Positions 42,274 through 52,220 of a stretch of 64,000 nucleotides of DNA are shown in pieces. The notes beneath the pieces were generated by a model. That model saw nothing but the letters and a program-made list of their open reading frames with translations, did not search any database and was not told where the DNA came from. Numbering within the stretch: position 1 is the stretch's first letter; each line of letters begins with the position of its first letter. The position numbers and the translations under genes are program-made. Where the stretch lies: the NCBI GenBank assembly GCA_030158115.1, contig JAOATK010000004.1, forward strand, positions 29,739 to 93,738. Direction: 5' to 3'. The stretch is from Legionella sp. GTDB taxonomy: Bacteria > Pseudomonadota > Gammaproteobacteria > Legionellales > Legionellaceae.

Positions 42274-42749
42274 AGAACGCATGACCTTAAATAGCGAAAA
42301 AGGGATTTAGCTGCACCAGTATTTTTTTCTTTTTTCTGGTCATCTACTGCTTTTTTAATGAGTTGTCTTAGTTGCTGCACTTCTTCTGGATGGTAGGCTT
42401 CAATAAATTCGGTTAAAGCCACGTTTCCTTCATTTATTAAGCGATCGCGCCACACTTCCACTTCATGAAAGGAAGCAGTCACTGAGCTGTCTTCCGCAAG
42501 AATTTGGTCATAGGCCGCAAGAATTTCTTCATAATCTGAGGCGCGCATTAACTTGCCAATTAATTGCGCCTGTCTTCTTTTTGCGCCATGGCTTTTAATT
42601 AATTTCGCATCAGCAATTGCTTTATACAAATTGTCGGGCAAGGGTAATAAGTCAAGCTTAGCAAAACTAAGCTCAATGAATTTAACACCTATTTTTTGTA
42701 AAAAATCGGCGTCTCGTTTTTTCTGTGATTTACTAACTGGTTCATCCAT
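42270..42749 (-). CDS. yjgA: Ribosome-associated DUF615 protein YjgA (DarP)
   Basis: SKSQKKRDADFLQKIG...GAKRRQAQLIGKLMR matches the YjgA pattern. Confidence 0.85.
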   Translation of the reverse strand: MDEPVSKSQKKRDADFLQKIGVKFIELSFAKLDLLPLPDNLYKAIADAKLIKSHGAKRRQAQLIGKLMRASDYEEILAAYDQILAEDSSVTASFHEVEVWRDRLINEGNVALTEFIEAYHPEEVQQLRQLIKKAVDDQKKEKNTGAAKSLFRYLRSCVL

Positions 42750-42787
42750 AATATGCACTGTTATCTAAAAATTGAGCTGATTATACT

Positions 42788-43705
42788 CTATTTAACGCCT
42801 ACAAGCGAACCAGGAGAGGCGGATTGACCAGAAAATTTCCCGGGTCTTGCCTGTAAATAGGCGCGGCTTACCGAAAAGAAATTATAAATCAAGATACACA
42901 GCAACAGTGAATGTAACCAGCTAACGGTTAAATGCGTCAGAATAGGCAAAGTAACAAATACTCCTAAGCATCCAGCTAGGCTTAACACAAGGGTTTTCTT
43001 TAAGGGAATTTTATTTTGCTGCAAGAAGACTAATGTTGTTAAGGGTTGTTGCATGGCGCCCGCGGTAGTCATAATTGGAAAGGCGACTAGAGGGGAAACG
43101 TTCATTAAAAATAAAACACCTTGTACCATGACAAACAAGCCGACACCCACCGACGTTAGTCCACCACATATTACCATAGCGAAGAATCCGACAACCAATT
43201 TCCAAGAATGCAGCTCGGTTAGGTTGCCACCAATCGGTAGTAATTGGAATTGATGAGAAATTAAAAGAAAAATAATTAAAGCAAAGGCACAGCTCATCGC
43301 TAAACGTACGGCTTGTTTACTCAGTTTGCTGACTACGAACCCACCCAGTAAACCACCAACACAAGTACCGGCAACTAACGTTAATAGCGTAGTTAGGTCT
43401 ACCTCAATGAATTTGATAAAGAATAAGGATTCTATTGTTCCGGGAATCACTTGAGCGCCGTTATTGACAGCGGGCATTTCATCATCAGAAAAAGTTCCTA
43501 GTAATTTAGCCAAGGCAACGTTCACAGCAAAACTACCTACACCGATAGTATCAGCAATAAATGCAATAAAACCACTGAGTGTGAGTTTAACATATTGCCC
43601 TAAGGATAATGTTTCTGCCGGTTGACGACTGAATTTGAAAAACATGACTGCCGTACAGGCCAGGCTTAATCCTAATATGCTAAGAGTAATTAATGTGATG
43701 AACAT
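42788..43705 (-). CDS. Polytopic membrane protein, probable TauE/SafE (TSUP) anion exporter family
   Basis: 305 aa with about 8 TM helices and glycine-rich helices (GTCVGGLLGGFV, GGLTSVGVG). The family assignment is tentative. Confidence 0.5.
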   Translation of the reverse strand: MFITLITLSILGLSLACTAVMFFKFSRQPAETLSLGQYVKLTLSGFIAFIADTIGVGSFAVNVALAKLLGTFSDDEMPAVNNGAQVIPGTIESLFFIKFIEVDLTTLLTLVAGTCVGGLLGGFVVSKLSKQAVRLAMSCAFALIIFLLISHQFQLLPIGGNLTELHSWKLVVGFFAMVICGGLTSVGVGLFVMVQGVLFLMNVSPLVAFPIMTTAGAMQQPLTTLVFLQQNKIPLKKTLVLSLAGCLGVFVTLPILTHLTVSWLHSLLLCILIYNFFSVSRAYLQARPGKFSGQSASPGSLVGVK

Positions 43706-43770
43706 TTGATTCCTAATTTAAAAAAACAGCCGATTCTATATCATTTCTGACTAAAAAAAAATCAAAACGT

Positions 43771-43803
43771 AACCTTGATGCTGCTAGGCTGCATCAAGGT
43801 TAC
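43771..43803 (-). terminator. Intrinsic terminator of the M4 protease gene (stem overlaps its stop codon)
   Basis: TAACCTTGATGC...GCATCAAGGTTA stem, followed on the minus strand by TTTTGATTTTTTTTT. The stem core matches the terminator at 3626-3650. Confidence 0.75.
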
Positions 43804-45445
43804 AAGTGCTTGTATCAACTCCCACCTGACCAAAGACATTTTTAACCATCTTATTATCCACAGACAAATCACGAGCAGCGTAGAGAACACCGCAAGCACC
43901 TTGGATAAAGTCAGTTGTAGGGGTCCAATATTTGCTATTAGCAATAATCATCATATGATAAGATTTTTTGATGCCAATGTTTTTGGATAGTAGATAAAAC
44001 GCTTTGTTAAATACCCCGCTGGCTGTGTGAACAATAAAGCCTTGTCTGCTTTGGGGGGAGGGCATGTGTGAGCTGGCGTAAGCGACTACCTCATCATAAC
44101 TAATGGCGCAATAAGCCCCATGACTTTGGGCAAGTTTCTTATCCAAACAATCGGCGGAGCTACCGTCAGATGAGGGCAAATCCATAAAACGAAGTGCCTT
44201 GCCAAACGAATCACGCACAATGGTTTCTCCAATGCCCCAAGTGACGACATTGGGCTCAAGATAAAGCCGGTTATAAAGATTTGGGAATTTTTCTAAAAGA
44301 TAGGCTCGCGCAGTTTGCCCTGCCATATCAGACAATGATTCATTTAATGCACCAGATTGATCGTGGTATTCAAGATTGGCATGCTGCTCTGTAAAACCAT
44401 GCGTTACCTCATGACCGGCAACATCAAGAGACACTAAAGGATAAAAATCATCGCCATCGCCAAAAGACATATATTGCCCATCCCAAAAGGCATTGTCATA
44501 ATGCTGACCAAAATGGACGCGCATCACTAGCTGCTGTGAACTACCTTGAGTGTTTTGCAGCGCGTTCACGCCATACCACTCTTTATACATATTTACGATG
44601 GTATGTCCAAAATAATAGGCGTCATTAGTGGGTGAGAAAGCACCGTTGATCTTATCTTCTTGATTATCGCCGCAAGTGTATTGATAAGGCATGACTAAAA
44701 GACCGTCCCAATCCCAGGCTGATTTTAAATTGACTAACTTAACTTCGGGTGTATCCATGATACACATCCTGGCATTTTGTTTAACTTCCAGGGGAGGTAG
44801 ACCATCTTTCCCATACCAGAATTCGTGAACTTTTTCATTACCACCAGGGCCATTGTCAGAATAGTTTTTAATATTGTTCCATTGCTTAATTAACTTTCCA
44901 GTTTGTGCATCCACCACGAAAAAGGGCCATGAGGGTTTGCCATCAGTTTCTTCGCTTTTAAATGCCACTAGATAAACTAGTTTGAGTTCATTGTCTGCTC
45001 CTGGTCTAATTTGGAGTTCAATGGATTCATCATGAATAGGAGTTTGTGGATTAAAATTTTGCCAGGATTTTTTTGCAATACCCAGAGCATCTTGGGCACT
45101 CAAAGAAGGTCTAGTATTGATTTCAATGCCCTCTAATAAATGGCCATTAACCTGATTTTGGGTAATCATGATTTGAGCACCAACAACGGGTAAGCCTTTA
45201 TATAGTTGCTGATAACGGATAATTTTTTTTGCCTCTGCTTGGGTTTGACTTACTTCTTGCAACACATTATTGTCTATAATAGACATAATGCTCTTATTCG
45301 TTGATTTTTTTGTTTTTTCTTTGAAAGTAAATTGTTTTAAATCGCCCATAGGCGCTTGATATAAATCGAGTGGGGTCGCTGCAAGAGTCTTGTAGGACAT
45401 CAGAATTAAGCTAAACACTAAGAGCTTTTTTAACATAAAAAACAC
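43784..45445 (-). CDS. Secreted zinc metalloprotease, M4 (thermolysin/ProA-Msp-like) family
   Basis: Signal peptide and propeptide, HEXXH (VAGHEVTHGF) and the downstream GALNESLSDM glutamate motif. Confidence 0.9.
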   Translation of the reverse strand: MFFMLKKLLVFSLILMSYKTLAATPLDLYQAPMGDLKQFTFKEKTKKSTNKSIMSIIDNNVLQEVSQTQAEAKKIIRYQQLYKGLPVVGAQIMITQNQVNGHLLEGIEINTRPSLSAQDALGIAKKSWQNFNPQTPIHDESIELQIRPGADNELKLVYLVAFKSEETDGKPSWPFFVVDAQTGKLIKQWNNIKNYSDNGPGGNEKVHEFWYGKDGLPPLEVKQNARMCIMDTPEVKLVNLKSAWDWDGLLVMPYQYTCGDNQEDKINGAFSPTNDAYYFGHTIVNMYKEWYGVNALQNTQGSSQQLVMRVHFGQHYDNAFWDGQYMSFGDGDDFYPLVSLDVAGHEVTHGFTEQHANLEYHDQSGALNESLSDMAGQTARAYLLEKFPNLYNRLYLEPNVVTWGIGETIVRDSFGKALRFMDLPSSDGSSADCLDKKLAQSHGAYCAISYDEVVAYASSHMPSPQSRQGFIVHTASGVFNKAFYLLSKNIGIKKSYHMMIIANSKYWTPTTDFIQGACGVLYAARDLSVDNKMVKNVFGQVGVDTSTCNLDAA

Positions 45446-45515
45446 CCAGGAAAATCATAATGGCGACATTGTGTCACAAAAGTGAACACAAGGCAATGGT
45501 GTGAAAAGGAATCTC

Positions 45516-47024
45516 ATGAAAAAAAACAAACCCTCTGTATTAATTATTGGAGCGGGGCCAACAGGCTTAGTATTAGCGCTTTGGTTGACTAAACTAGGTG
45601 TTGCCGTTCGGATTATTGATAAAAATGAAAAACCAGGACAGACTTCCCGAGCTCTTATTATCCAAGCGCGCACGCTGGAGTTTTACGATCAGATTGGCAT
45701 CGCAAAGGATGTGATTGCTGCGGGCATTAAACTCGAATATTTTGCTCTGCGTAAAGATGGACAACCTATTAAAACAGTGAACATAGGTGAGTTTGGCACA
45801 GGAATTAGTCCTTATTCATTTGTGCTTTCTTTTCCTCAAGATGATCATGAAAAGCTGCTTTTAACTCATTTGAAAGCGCTTGGGGTGGAGGTAGAGCGAC
45901 ATACCGAATTAGTTTCTTTGACGCAAACAGCAGAAAAAGTAACTGCTGTGATGGAATGTAAAGGCCAACAAGAAACCATTCAATTTGACTATCTTTGTGG
46001 TTGTGATGGGGCTCGTAGCACAATACGAGAGCAACTAAAAATTAATTTTCCTGGAGGAACCTATTCGCAAATGTTTTTTGTAGCAGATGTTACTTCTCCA
46101 GATGAAGCTCAGCAAGGCTTACAAATTGGAGTGAGTAAGACTGATTTTTGTTTGGCTTTTCCAGTACGTAGCTCAAAGACGGTACGTTTTATTGGGATGG
46201 TGCCACCAGAGCATGCAAAGAAACAAGACATTCAATTTGCAGACGTTCAAGAGAGTGTCTCAAAAAACATGGATATCCCTATCGCGCAAGTTAATTGGTT
46301 TTCAACCTATCATGTTCATCATCGTGTGGTTACTAAGTTTAATGTGGGGCGCGTTTTTTTAGTGGGTGATGCAGCACATATTCATAGTCCTGTAGGCGGG
46401 CAAGGTATGAATACTGGGATTGGTGATGCGATTAATCTTGCTTGGAAGTTAGCTGCAGTATTACAGAATAAAAGCCCTCAGAGTCTCTTGGAAACCTATG
46501 AGATAGAGCGCTTACCCTTTGCTAAACTGTTGGTTTCTACCACCGATCGTATCTTTCAAATAGTTACCTCAACCTCTTTTTTAGGTTTTGCGTGGAGAGA
46601 GGTTATTTTTCCGCATTTATTTCCATTGATTTTTAACTACCAGATCTTCAAGCAATTTTTCTTTAAGTTTATTTCTCAAATAAGAATTAATTATCGTCAA
46701 AGTCCCCTAAGCATGAAAAATAAGGGGAAAATACAAGCAGGGGACCGATTGCCTTGGGTTTGTTATGAACAAACAGATAATTTTAAGGCCCTACAATCAT
46801 TAGTGTGGCAAATACATGTATATGGCAAAGCGGCTACTTCATTACAAATTTATCTGAAAAAGAAAAACATTCCTTTGTTTGAATTTGTTTGGTCGGAAGC
46901 TGCAAAAAACCAAGGATTTATTCAAAATGCTGCTTATTTGATTCGTCCTGATGGTTATATTTCAGTCATTGATTTAACCCCAGAGGGTGAGCGAATTAAA
47001 ACTTTTAATCAGACATGGAGCTAA
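45516..47024 (+). CDS. FAD-dependent aromatic-ring monooxygenase (PheA/TfdB-like)
   Basis: GxGxxG (VLIIGAGPTGLVLALWL), the DG motif (CGCDGARSTIR) and GDAAHIHSPVGGQGMNTG. Start taken at ATG 45516 after AAAAGGA. Confidence 0.85.
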   Translation: MKKNKPSVLIIGAGPTGLVLALWLTKLGVAVRIIDKNEKPGQTSRALIIQARTLEFYDQIGIAKDVIAAGIKLEYFALRKDGQPIKTVNIGEFGTGISPYSFVLSFPQDDHEKLLLTHLKALGVEVERHTELVSLTQTAEKVTAVMECKGQQETIQFDYLCGCDGARSTIREQLKINFPGGTYSQMFFVADVTSPDEAQQGLQIGVSKTDFCLAFPVRSSKTVRFIGMVPPEHAKKQDIQFADVQESVSKNMDIPIAQVNWFSTYHVHHRVVTKFNVGRVFLVGDAAHIHSPVGGQGMNTGIGDAINLAWKLAAVLQNKSPQSLLETYEIERLPFAKLLVSTTDRIFQIVTSTSFLGFAWREVIFPHLFPLIFNYQIFKQFFFKFISQIRINYRQSPLSMKNKGKIQAGDRLPWVCYEQTDNFKALQSLVWQIHVYGKAATSLQIYLKKKNIPLFEFVWSEAAKNQGFIQNAAYLIRPDGYISVIDLTPEGERIKTFNQTWS

Positions 47025-47069
47025 GGATTAATGTCATATCCTTCTCTCCATGTATGGGGCCTTAATTTT

Positions 47070-48320
47070 TTAATGAGGTTGCAATTGCGTTGCTGAAGAA
47101 GACTGCTGGTGGTTTGGAGGGGTTCCTCCATACATTCCAAGAGTTGCAAGTAATGGGGCATAGGGAGGGGGCGATTGTGTTGTAGGCAGTTGTTTAAGTA
47201 TAGTTTGTAACTCTTCTATTTGTGACCTATGAGTTTCAAGGAGGCTTTCATAGTGGGTGTTGTTTGCGGCAAGTAATTTTTGGGTTACCTCAAGTTGTTT
47301 TTTAGTTTGACATATACTAGTGAAAATCTCAGCCGTAGATTCTTTATTTTGGAGAAGCTGTTGCATGGATTCATTAAATCGCGCTCTTTCCCCTTCATTG
47401 TTAATGACAAGAGAGCTCATTCCTGCAGTAACCTCCCCTAATACAGTAGTTAGTTTTCCTGCCTCTTCTAAGCTTTCTTGTAGTTGTGCTTGTTTGTTGG
47501 CAAGCACAATAGATTGCTCCTCTAATTTTATTACAGCTTCTTTATAAGCTTGCATGGTTTGCTCTTGTGCTTTTTCGCTTGCTGTAAGTAAGGCGGTTAG
47601 TTTGGTTGTTTCAATTTCTAGCTCACTGGAGGTGCTTTCTAAATTATTTTTAATGAGTTGTAATTCACAAACTAAAGTTGCAGTGGCATCAAGCTCTATG
47701 GCTAATTGTTTATTTTGTTCCTTGAATGCTTCACTGCTCTTTTGCAGCGTCATATTTTCCTCAGAAAATTTATTTACTTCTGCGGCTAACTGTTCGCGTA
47801 TGGAATCAAGCGCGGTAATGGTTAGTTCTAAAAGATCTGCCAATCCAAAAACGCCTTGTTCTAAATGTTCAGTCGCATTAGTTTGGCACTTTTGATGATT
47901 ATGAAATAGGATCGTAGCTCCTGTGTAAATAATTGCTGTGACGCCGCAGATAGCTAGTAAAAACCATAGATGGAATACAATACCCAAGGTTAATGTAGGG
48001 ATAGTAATGGCAATTCCAATCAGAATTTTTTTCCACAGAGCAAACTGCCCCCAAAATTTCGAAGCTCGGGATAGGTAACTGGGATTTTGTTCCATGCTGG
48101 CAATAGTATCATGCAATGCATCTTTGATTTTTTTGAATATTTCTTTTGTAATGACTATTTTTTGTATGCTGGCTTTATCGCCAGTTTGAGCCTCGTTTAA
48201 TAAAGCTTTAATCTCAGCTTCTGTAGTCAAAGGGGTTTTAGGGGCTTCTTGAGAATGAATATTGTTTTCGGGTTGAATAGTATCTGGTTCTTGTGGTAAG
48301 TCATTTTCATTGATAGCCAT
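47070..48320 (-). CDS. Hypothetical coiled-coil protein with a central TM hairpin (effector / inclusion-membrane-like)
   Basis: Two adjacent hydrophobic helices (aa ~110-160 of the track ORF) are followed by about 230 aa of heptad-like E/Q/L-rich sequence. Start taken at ATG 48320 (SD AAGGAA). Confidence 0.6.
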   Translation of the reverse strand: MAINENDLPQEPDTIQPENNIHSQEAPKTPLTTEAEIKALLNEAQTGDKASIQKIVITKEIFKKIKDALHDTIASMEQNPSYLSRASKFWGQFALWKKILIGIAITIPTLTLGIVFHLWFLLAICGVTAIIYTGATILFHNHQKCQTNATEHLEQGVFGLADLLELTITALDSIREQLAAEVNKFSEENMTLQKSSEAFKEQNKQLAIELDATATLVCELQLIKNNLESTSSELEIETTKLTALLTASEKAQEQTMQAYKEAVIKLEEQSIVLANKQAQLQESLEEAGKLTTVLGEVTAGMSSLVINNEGERARFNESMQQLLQNKESTAEIFTSICQTKKQLEVTQKLLAANNTHYESLLETHRSQIEELQTILKQLPTTQSPPPYAPLLATLGMYGGTPPNHQQSSSATQLQPH

Positions 48321-48578
48321 GCTCATTTCCTTGTGATTAAGAATTTCCCTTAGGCTCTTATTTTTAATCAAAATTACCTGGATGACAAGAGTTAATTTAG
48401 CAATGAATTCAAGGCGTTATTTATTTTATGGGCGATAAGTTTAAAAAATAATCATCGGTCTTCTGTTTATTAGAAGAGTATTTTGAGACATGTATTTTAA
48501 AAAATGATATTCTGTGCCGCTGAGATTCTCTCATTTTTTGATTAATTCCCCCGATTTTAAGAAAGGAAGATGTGCTCT

Positions 48579-51431
48579 ATGACATTTCGTATTGGTCAGC
48601 GCTGGATAAGTAACACTGAATCACAATTAGGTTTAGGTATTATTACGGATTTAAATGGCAGACAGGTGAGCGTGAGCTTTCCTGCTGCGAGTGAGGAGCG
48701 AATCTACTCCACTGATAATCCTCCCTTAAGCCGTATTATTTATAAAGAAGGCGATGAAATTGTTACCATTGAGCAACAAAAAATATGTCTTACTGAAGTC
48801 GAAGAGCGACAAGGTCTGTTTTTTTATACAGGAGTAGATGAGGCAGGTGCCGAAGTACGAATTAGTGAAATAACACTCAATTGTTTTATTAGCTTGAACA
48901 CCCCACAACAAAGACTTTTAAGTGGTCTATTAGATAAATTAAATTCTTTTAAACTAAGAATAGACTCTTTAAATCATGCCAGTAGATTACAACAATCAAC
49001 AGTTCAAGGACTACTTGGATCGCGGACTAGTCATCTCCCTCATCAAGTGTATATTGCTAGTGAAGTTGCGCGGCGCCATGCTCCCAGAGTTTTGTTAGCG
49101 GATGAAGTGGGGCTGGGTAAAACCATAGAAGCGGGGATGATTCTCCATTATCAATTATCCACTGGGCGTGCTAATCGTGTCTTAATTGTGGTGCCACAAA
49201 CTTTAATTCATCAATGGCTTGTTGAAATGATACGACGTTTTAACCTGCATTTTTCCATTATTGATGCCAGTCGTTATGCTGATTGCTACGATCCCTATGA
49301 TTATGAGGCAGAGGACCGAGGTATTTTTGAAGAAGAAGAGCCTCAAGTCGCAGTCAATCCTTTTGAAACGCAATCGTTGGTTTTATGTAGCCTTGATTTT
49401 CTGATGGATGATGAAGAGGCCTACAGGCATGCCATTGCCAGTGAGTGGGATTTAATGATTGTAGATGAGGCACATCATTTGCATTGGTCCGAAGAGGAAA
49501 AAAGTCCAGAATATCAGTGTATTGAGGAATTATCGGCGCGCAGCAAAGGTTTGCTGCTCTTGACAGCAACCCCGGAGCAAGCAGGAATTACTAGTCATTT
49601 TGCCCGTTTACGCCTGTTAGATCCCTCCCGTTTTTATGAGTTAACAGCCTTTAAAAAAGAAGAAGAAGGCTATAAAAAAATCAATCAGTTGGTACAAGAG
49701 CTGCTTTCTGGAAACGCCACGACCGTGGTTGATTTAAGTGCCGAACTAAAGCAGAAATTGAGTGATTATTTGGGGGTGCTGGACGATGTTTCTCTTAATG
49801 AGATCATTAAACAACTACTCGATCGCCATGGGACTGGACGAGTGTTATTTCGTAACACGCGCGCTGCAATTAAAGGCTTTCCGCAACGACATGTCCATGC
49901 CTATCCTTTAGATGCTCCTGTGAGTTACACGGATTTTAGTGCTCTTTATCCAGAAACCACGCTTAATAAAGAGTTATGGTTAGGATGCGACCCTAGGGTC
50001 GCCTGGTTAACTCAGACAATCAATGCGTTATTTCCTAAAAAAATATTGGTCATTTGTGCTCATGCCAGTACCGCTATTGCCTTAGAGCAATATCTTAAAT
50101 TAAAAGCAGGCATTCGCAGCATCGCGTTTCATGAACAGCTTTCTATTATTGAGCGAGATAGGGCTGCGGCTTATTTTGCTGAAGAAGACAATGGAGCTCA
50201 GGTTCTTATTTGTTCTGAAATTGGTAGTGAAGGGCGTAATTTCCAATTTGCACATCATTTAGTTTTATTTGATTTACCTATGAATCCTGATTTATTAGAG
50301 CAGCGTATTGGGCGCCTAGATCGAATAGGACAGTCTCATGATATTGAAATTCATGTTCCTTATTTAATAAATACCGCACAAGAACAGTTGTTTCGTTGGT
50401 ACCATGAGGGCATCAATTTATTTACTAAGAGTTGTTCTGTAGGGTATTCTCTTTATGAAGAGTTTGAATCTCGTTTAATCCCTATTCTTAAATACGAAAC
50501 TAATGCAAAGGACTTGGAGTTGCTGATTGCTGATACTCAGGTTCGTGCTGCAGCAATCAACTTAGCTTTGCATGAAGGCCGTGATCGACTGCTAGAAATG
50601 AACTCATGTAATCTACCTCATGCCCAAGAGTTAATTGCTCATATAGAAGCAGAGGAAAATTGCCTGGATTTAGAAAACTACATGGCACAAGTATTTCATG
50701 AGTATGGTATTGATCATGAATATCATTCTGAATTCACAGAAATTCTTCATCCTACTGAACACATGAAAACCAGTCATTTTCCAGGACTTAAAGACGATAG
50801 TATGACCGTCACCTATTCTCGCTCTAAAGCATTGCAACGCGAGGATATTGCGTTTTTAAGTTGGGAACATCCAATGGTTAGTGAAAGCATAGAAATGATT
50901 TTAGATTCAGAAATGGGTAATGCCGCTTTAGCAACTATCTCTATTAAAAGCATTAATCCTGGGACAGTATTTTTGGAATCTTTTTATACGGTCAATTGTG
51001 CCGCCCCTAAATATCTGCAGTTAGGCCGTTTTTTACCTTTAACACCGATTCGTATTTTTATGGATGTTTCGGGAAAAAATCTGAGTAAAATATTAGATTA
51101 TACCAAGCTGAATCAATTATGCGAGCCTGTGAAACGTCACTTAGGTTATCCCATTATCAAGCAAATTCAAGGGGATATTGAAATGATATTAGCGCAAAGT
51201 AATGTGTTGGCTGAAAATCAATTACAAGGTCTGATTGAGCAGGCAAAGGAGTCAATGGAGAAAAGTCTTGGTTATGAAATAAATCGCCTTGAAGCCTTGC
51301 AAAAGATAAACCCGGCTATTCGAGATGAGGAAATAATCTTTTTCAAAAAACAACGTCAAGAAAGCCAGGAGTATATGCATAGCGCTACATTGAAGTTACA
51401 AGCACTTCGAGTGATTGTAAATAAAGTCTAA
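48579..51431 (+). CDS. rapA: RNA polymerase-associated SWI2/SNF2 ATPase RapA (HepA)
   Basis: The N-terminus MTFRIGQRWISNTESQLGLG matches E. coli RapA. Helicase motifs are present: DEVGLGKTIEAG, DEAHHL, LLLTATP, QRIGRLDRIGQ. Confidence 0.95.
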   Translation: MTFRIGQRWISNTESQLGLGIITDLNGRQVSVSFPAASEERIYSTDNPPLSRIIYKEGDEIVTIEQQKICLTEVEERQGLFFYTGVDEAGAEVRISEITLNCFISLNTPQQRLLSGLLDKLNSFKLRIDSLNHASRLQQSTVQGLLGSRTSHLPHQVYIASEVARRHAPRVLLADEVGLGKTIEAGMILHYQLSTGRANRVLIVVPQTLIHQWLVEMIRRFNLHFSIIDASRYADCYDPYDYEAEDRGIFEEEEPQVAVNPFETQSLVLCSLDFLMDDEEAYRHAIASEWDLMIVDEAHHLHWSEEEKSPEYQCIEELSARSKGLLLLTATPEQAGITSHFARLRLLDPSRFYELTAFKKEEEGYKKINQLVQELLSGNATTVVDLSAELKQKLSDYLGVLDDVSLNEIIKQLLDRHGTGRVLFRNTRAAIKGFPQRHVHAYPLDAPVSYTDFSALYPETTLNKELWLGCDPRVAWLTQTINALFPKKILVICAHASTAIALEQYLKLKAGIRSIAFHEQLSIIERDRAAAYFAEEDNGAQVLICSEIGSEGRNFQFAHHLVLFDLPMNPDLLEQRIGRLDRIGQSHDIEIHVPYLINTAQEQLFRWYHEGINLFTKSCSVGYSLYEEFESRLIPILKYETNAKDLELLIADTQVRAAAINLALHEGRDRLLEMNSCNLPHAQELIAHIEAEENCLDLENYMAQVFHEYGIDHEYHSEFTEILHPTEHMKTSHFPGLKDDSMTVTYSRSKALQREDIAFLSWEHPMVSESIEMILDSEMGNAALATISIKSINPGTVFLESFYTVNCAAPKYLQLGRFLPLTPIRIFMDVSGKNLSKILDYTKLNQLCEPVKRHLGYPIIKQIQGDIEMILAQSNVLAENQLQGLIEQAKESMEKSLGYEINRLEALQKINPAIRDEEIIFFKKQRQESQEYMHSATLKLQALRVIVNKV

Positions 51432-51434
51432 AGA

Positions 51435-51505
51435 GTAGCCTGGTTGCTTGCAACCAGGACTTCCTGTAGGGCTGAAAAAATCCCGGTTGCAAGCAACCAG
51501 GCTAC
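51435..51505. repeat. REP-like element, family 1
   Basis: GTAGCCTGGTTGCTTGCAACC...CCCGGTTGCAAGCAACCAGGCTAC, located between the convergent rapA and the FGase-like gene. Confidence 0.9.
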
Positions 51506-51521
51506 GGGTATTCGCGTTGAG

Positions 51522-52220
51522 CTACATCAATGGCAAAAAACTGCTGGCCAAACAGTCTTTTAATTTTTTCAAAGTCTGTGGATTTTGTGTTATGGCCTGA
51601 TTAGACTCAACTTCAATCCCTACATAGGCATCAGGAGCGTATTTCTTACGTAGGCTAGTGACTAGGCCATCACTGATCCCTTTGTAGGGATAATTCATTC
51701 TGACTCGATAATCCTTGGTTTGTTTTTTAATTTCTAACATCCATTCTTTGGCCAAGGTTTTTTCTAAAGTCCTACGTGGATCATAAAGCAAACCAATGTC
51801 TGCATTGCGCACTTTGTTATCCATTATAGGGGTGAAACTGTGAATGGAAAGGTGTATGACTCGGGCGCCTTCTCGTTGGTGTTTTTCGATATGATCCATA
51901 ACACTTTGGCGGTAGGGTAAATAATATTGCGTGATAATTTCTTGTTTTTGTTGCTCAGGCAGTGGGTGAGTAACTTCTGAAAATAAACGCTTATGATTTA
52001 TACTACGATTGCATTCAATGAACATTCTTGAGGTGGATGCCAAAATTAAATCACAGGGCAATACTTCTTTAAAATGTAAGGCGATCTCCAAAGCGCCAAA
52101 ATCTATTCCCCTGTGCGATTCCAGAAGATTTTTAAAGGGCTGGAATAACATTTGATAGGCAGGAGGAATGGCATTTGTGCCATGTTCACAACTGATTACG
52201 AGGGCAGTTTTTTTGCTCAT
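51522..52220 (-). CDS. N-formylglutamate amidohydrolase-family (FGase, PF05013-like) protein
   Basis: LVISCEHGTNAIPPAY N-terminal motif and ...HLSIHSFTP. It overlaps the upstream gene by 4 nt. Confidence 0.75.
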   Translation of the reverse strand: MSKKTALVISCEHGTNAIPPAYQMLFQPFKNLLESHRGIDFGALEIALHFKEVLPCDLILASTSRMFIECNRSINHKRLFSEVTHPLPEQQKQEIITQYYLPYRQSVMDHIEKHQREGARVIHLSIHSFTPIMDNKVRNADIGLLYDPRRTLEKTLAKEWMLEIKKQTKDYRVRMNYPYKGISDGLVTSLRKKYAPDAYVGIEVESNQAITQNPQTLKKLKDCLASSFLPLM

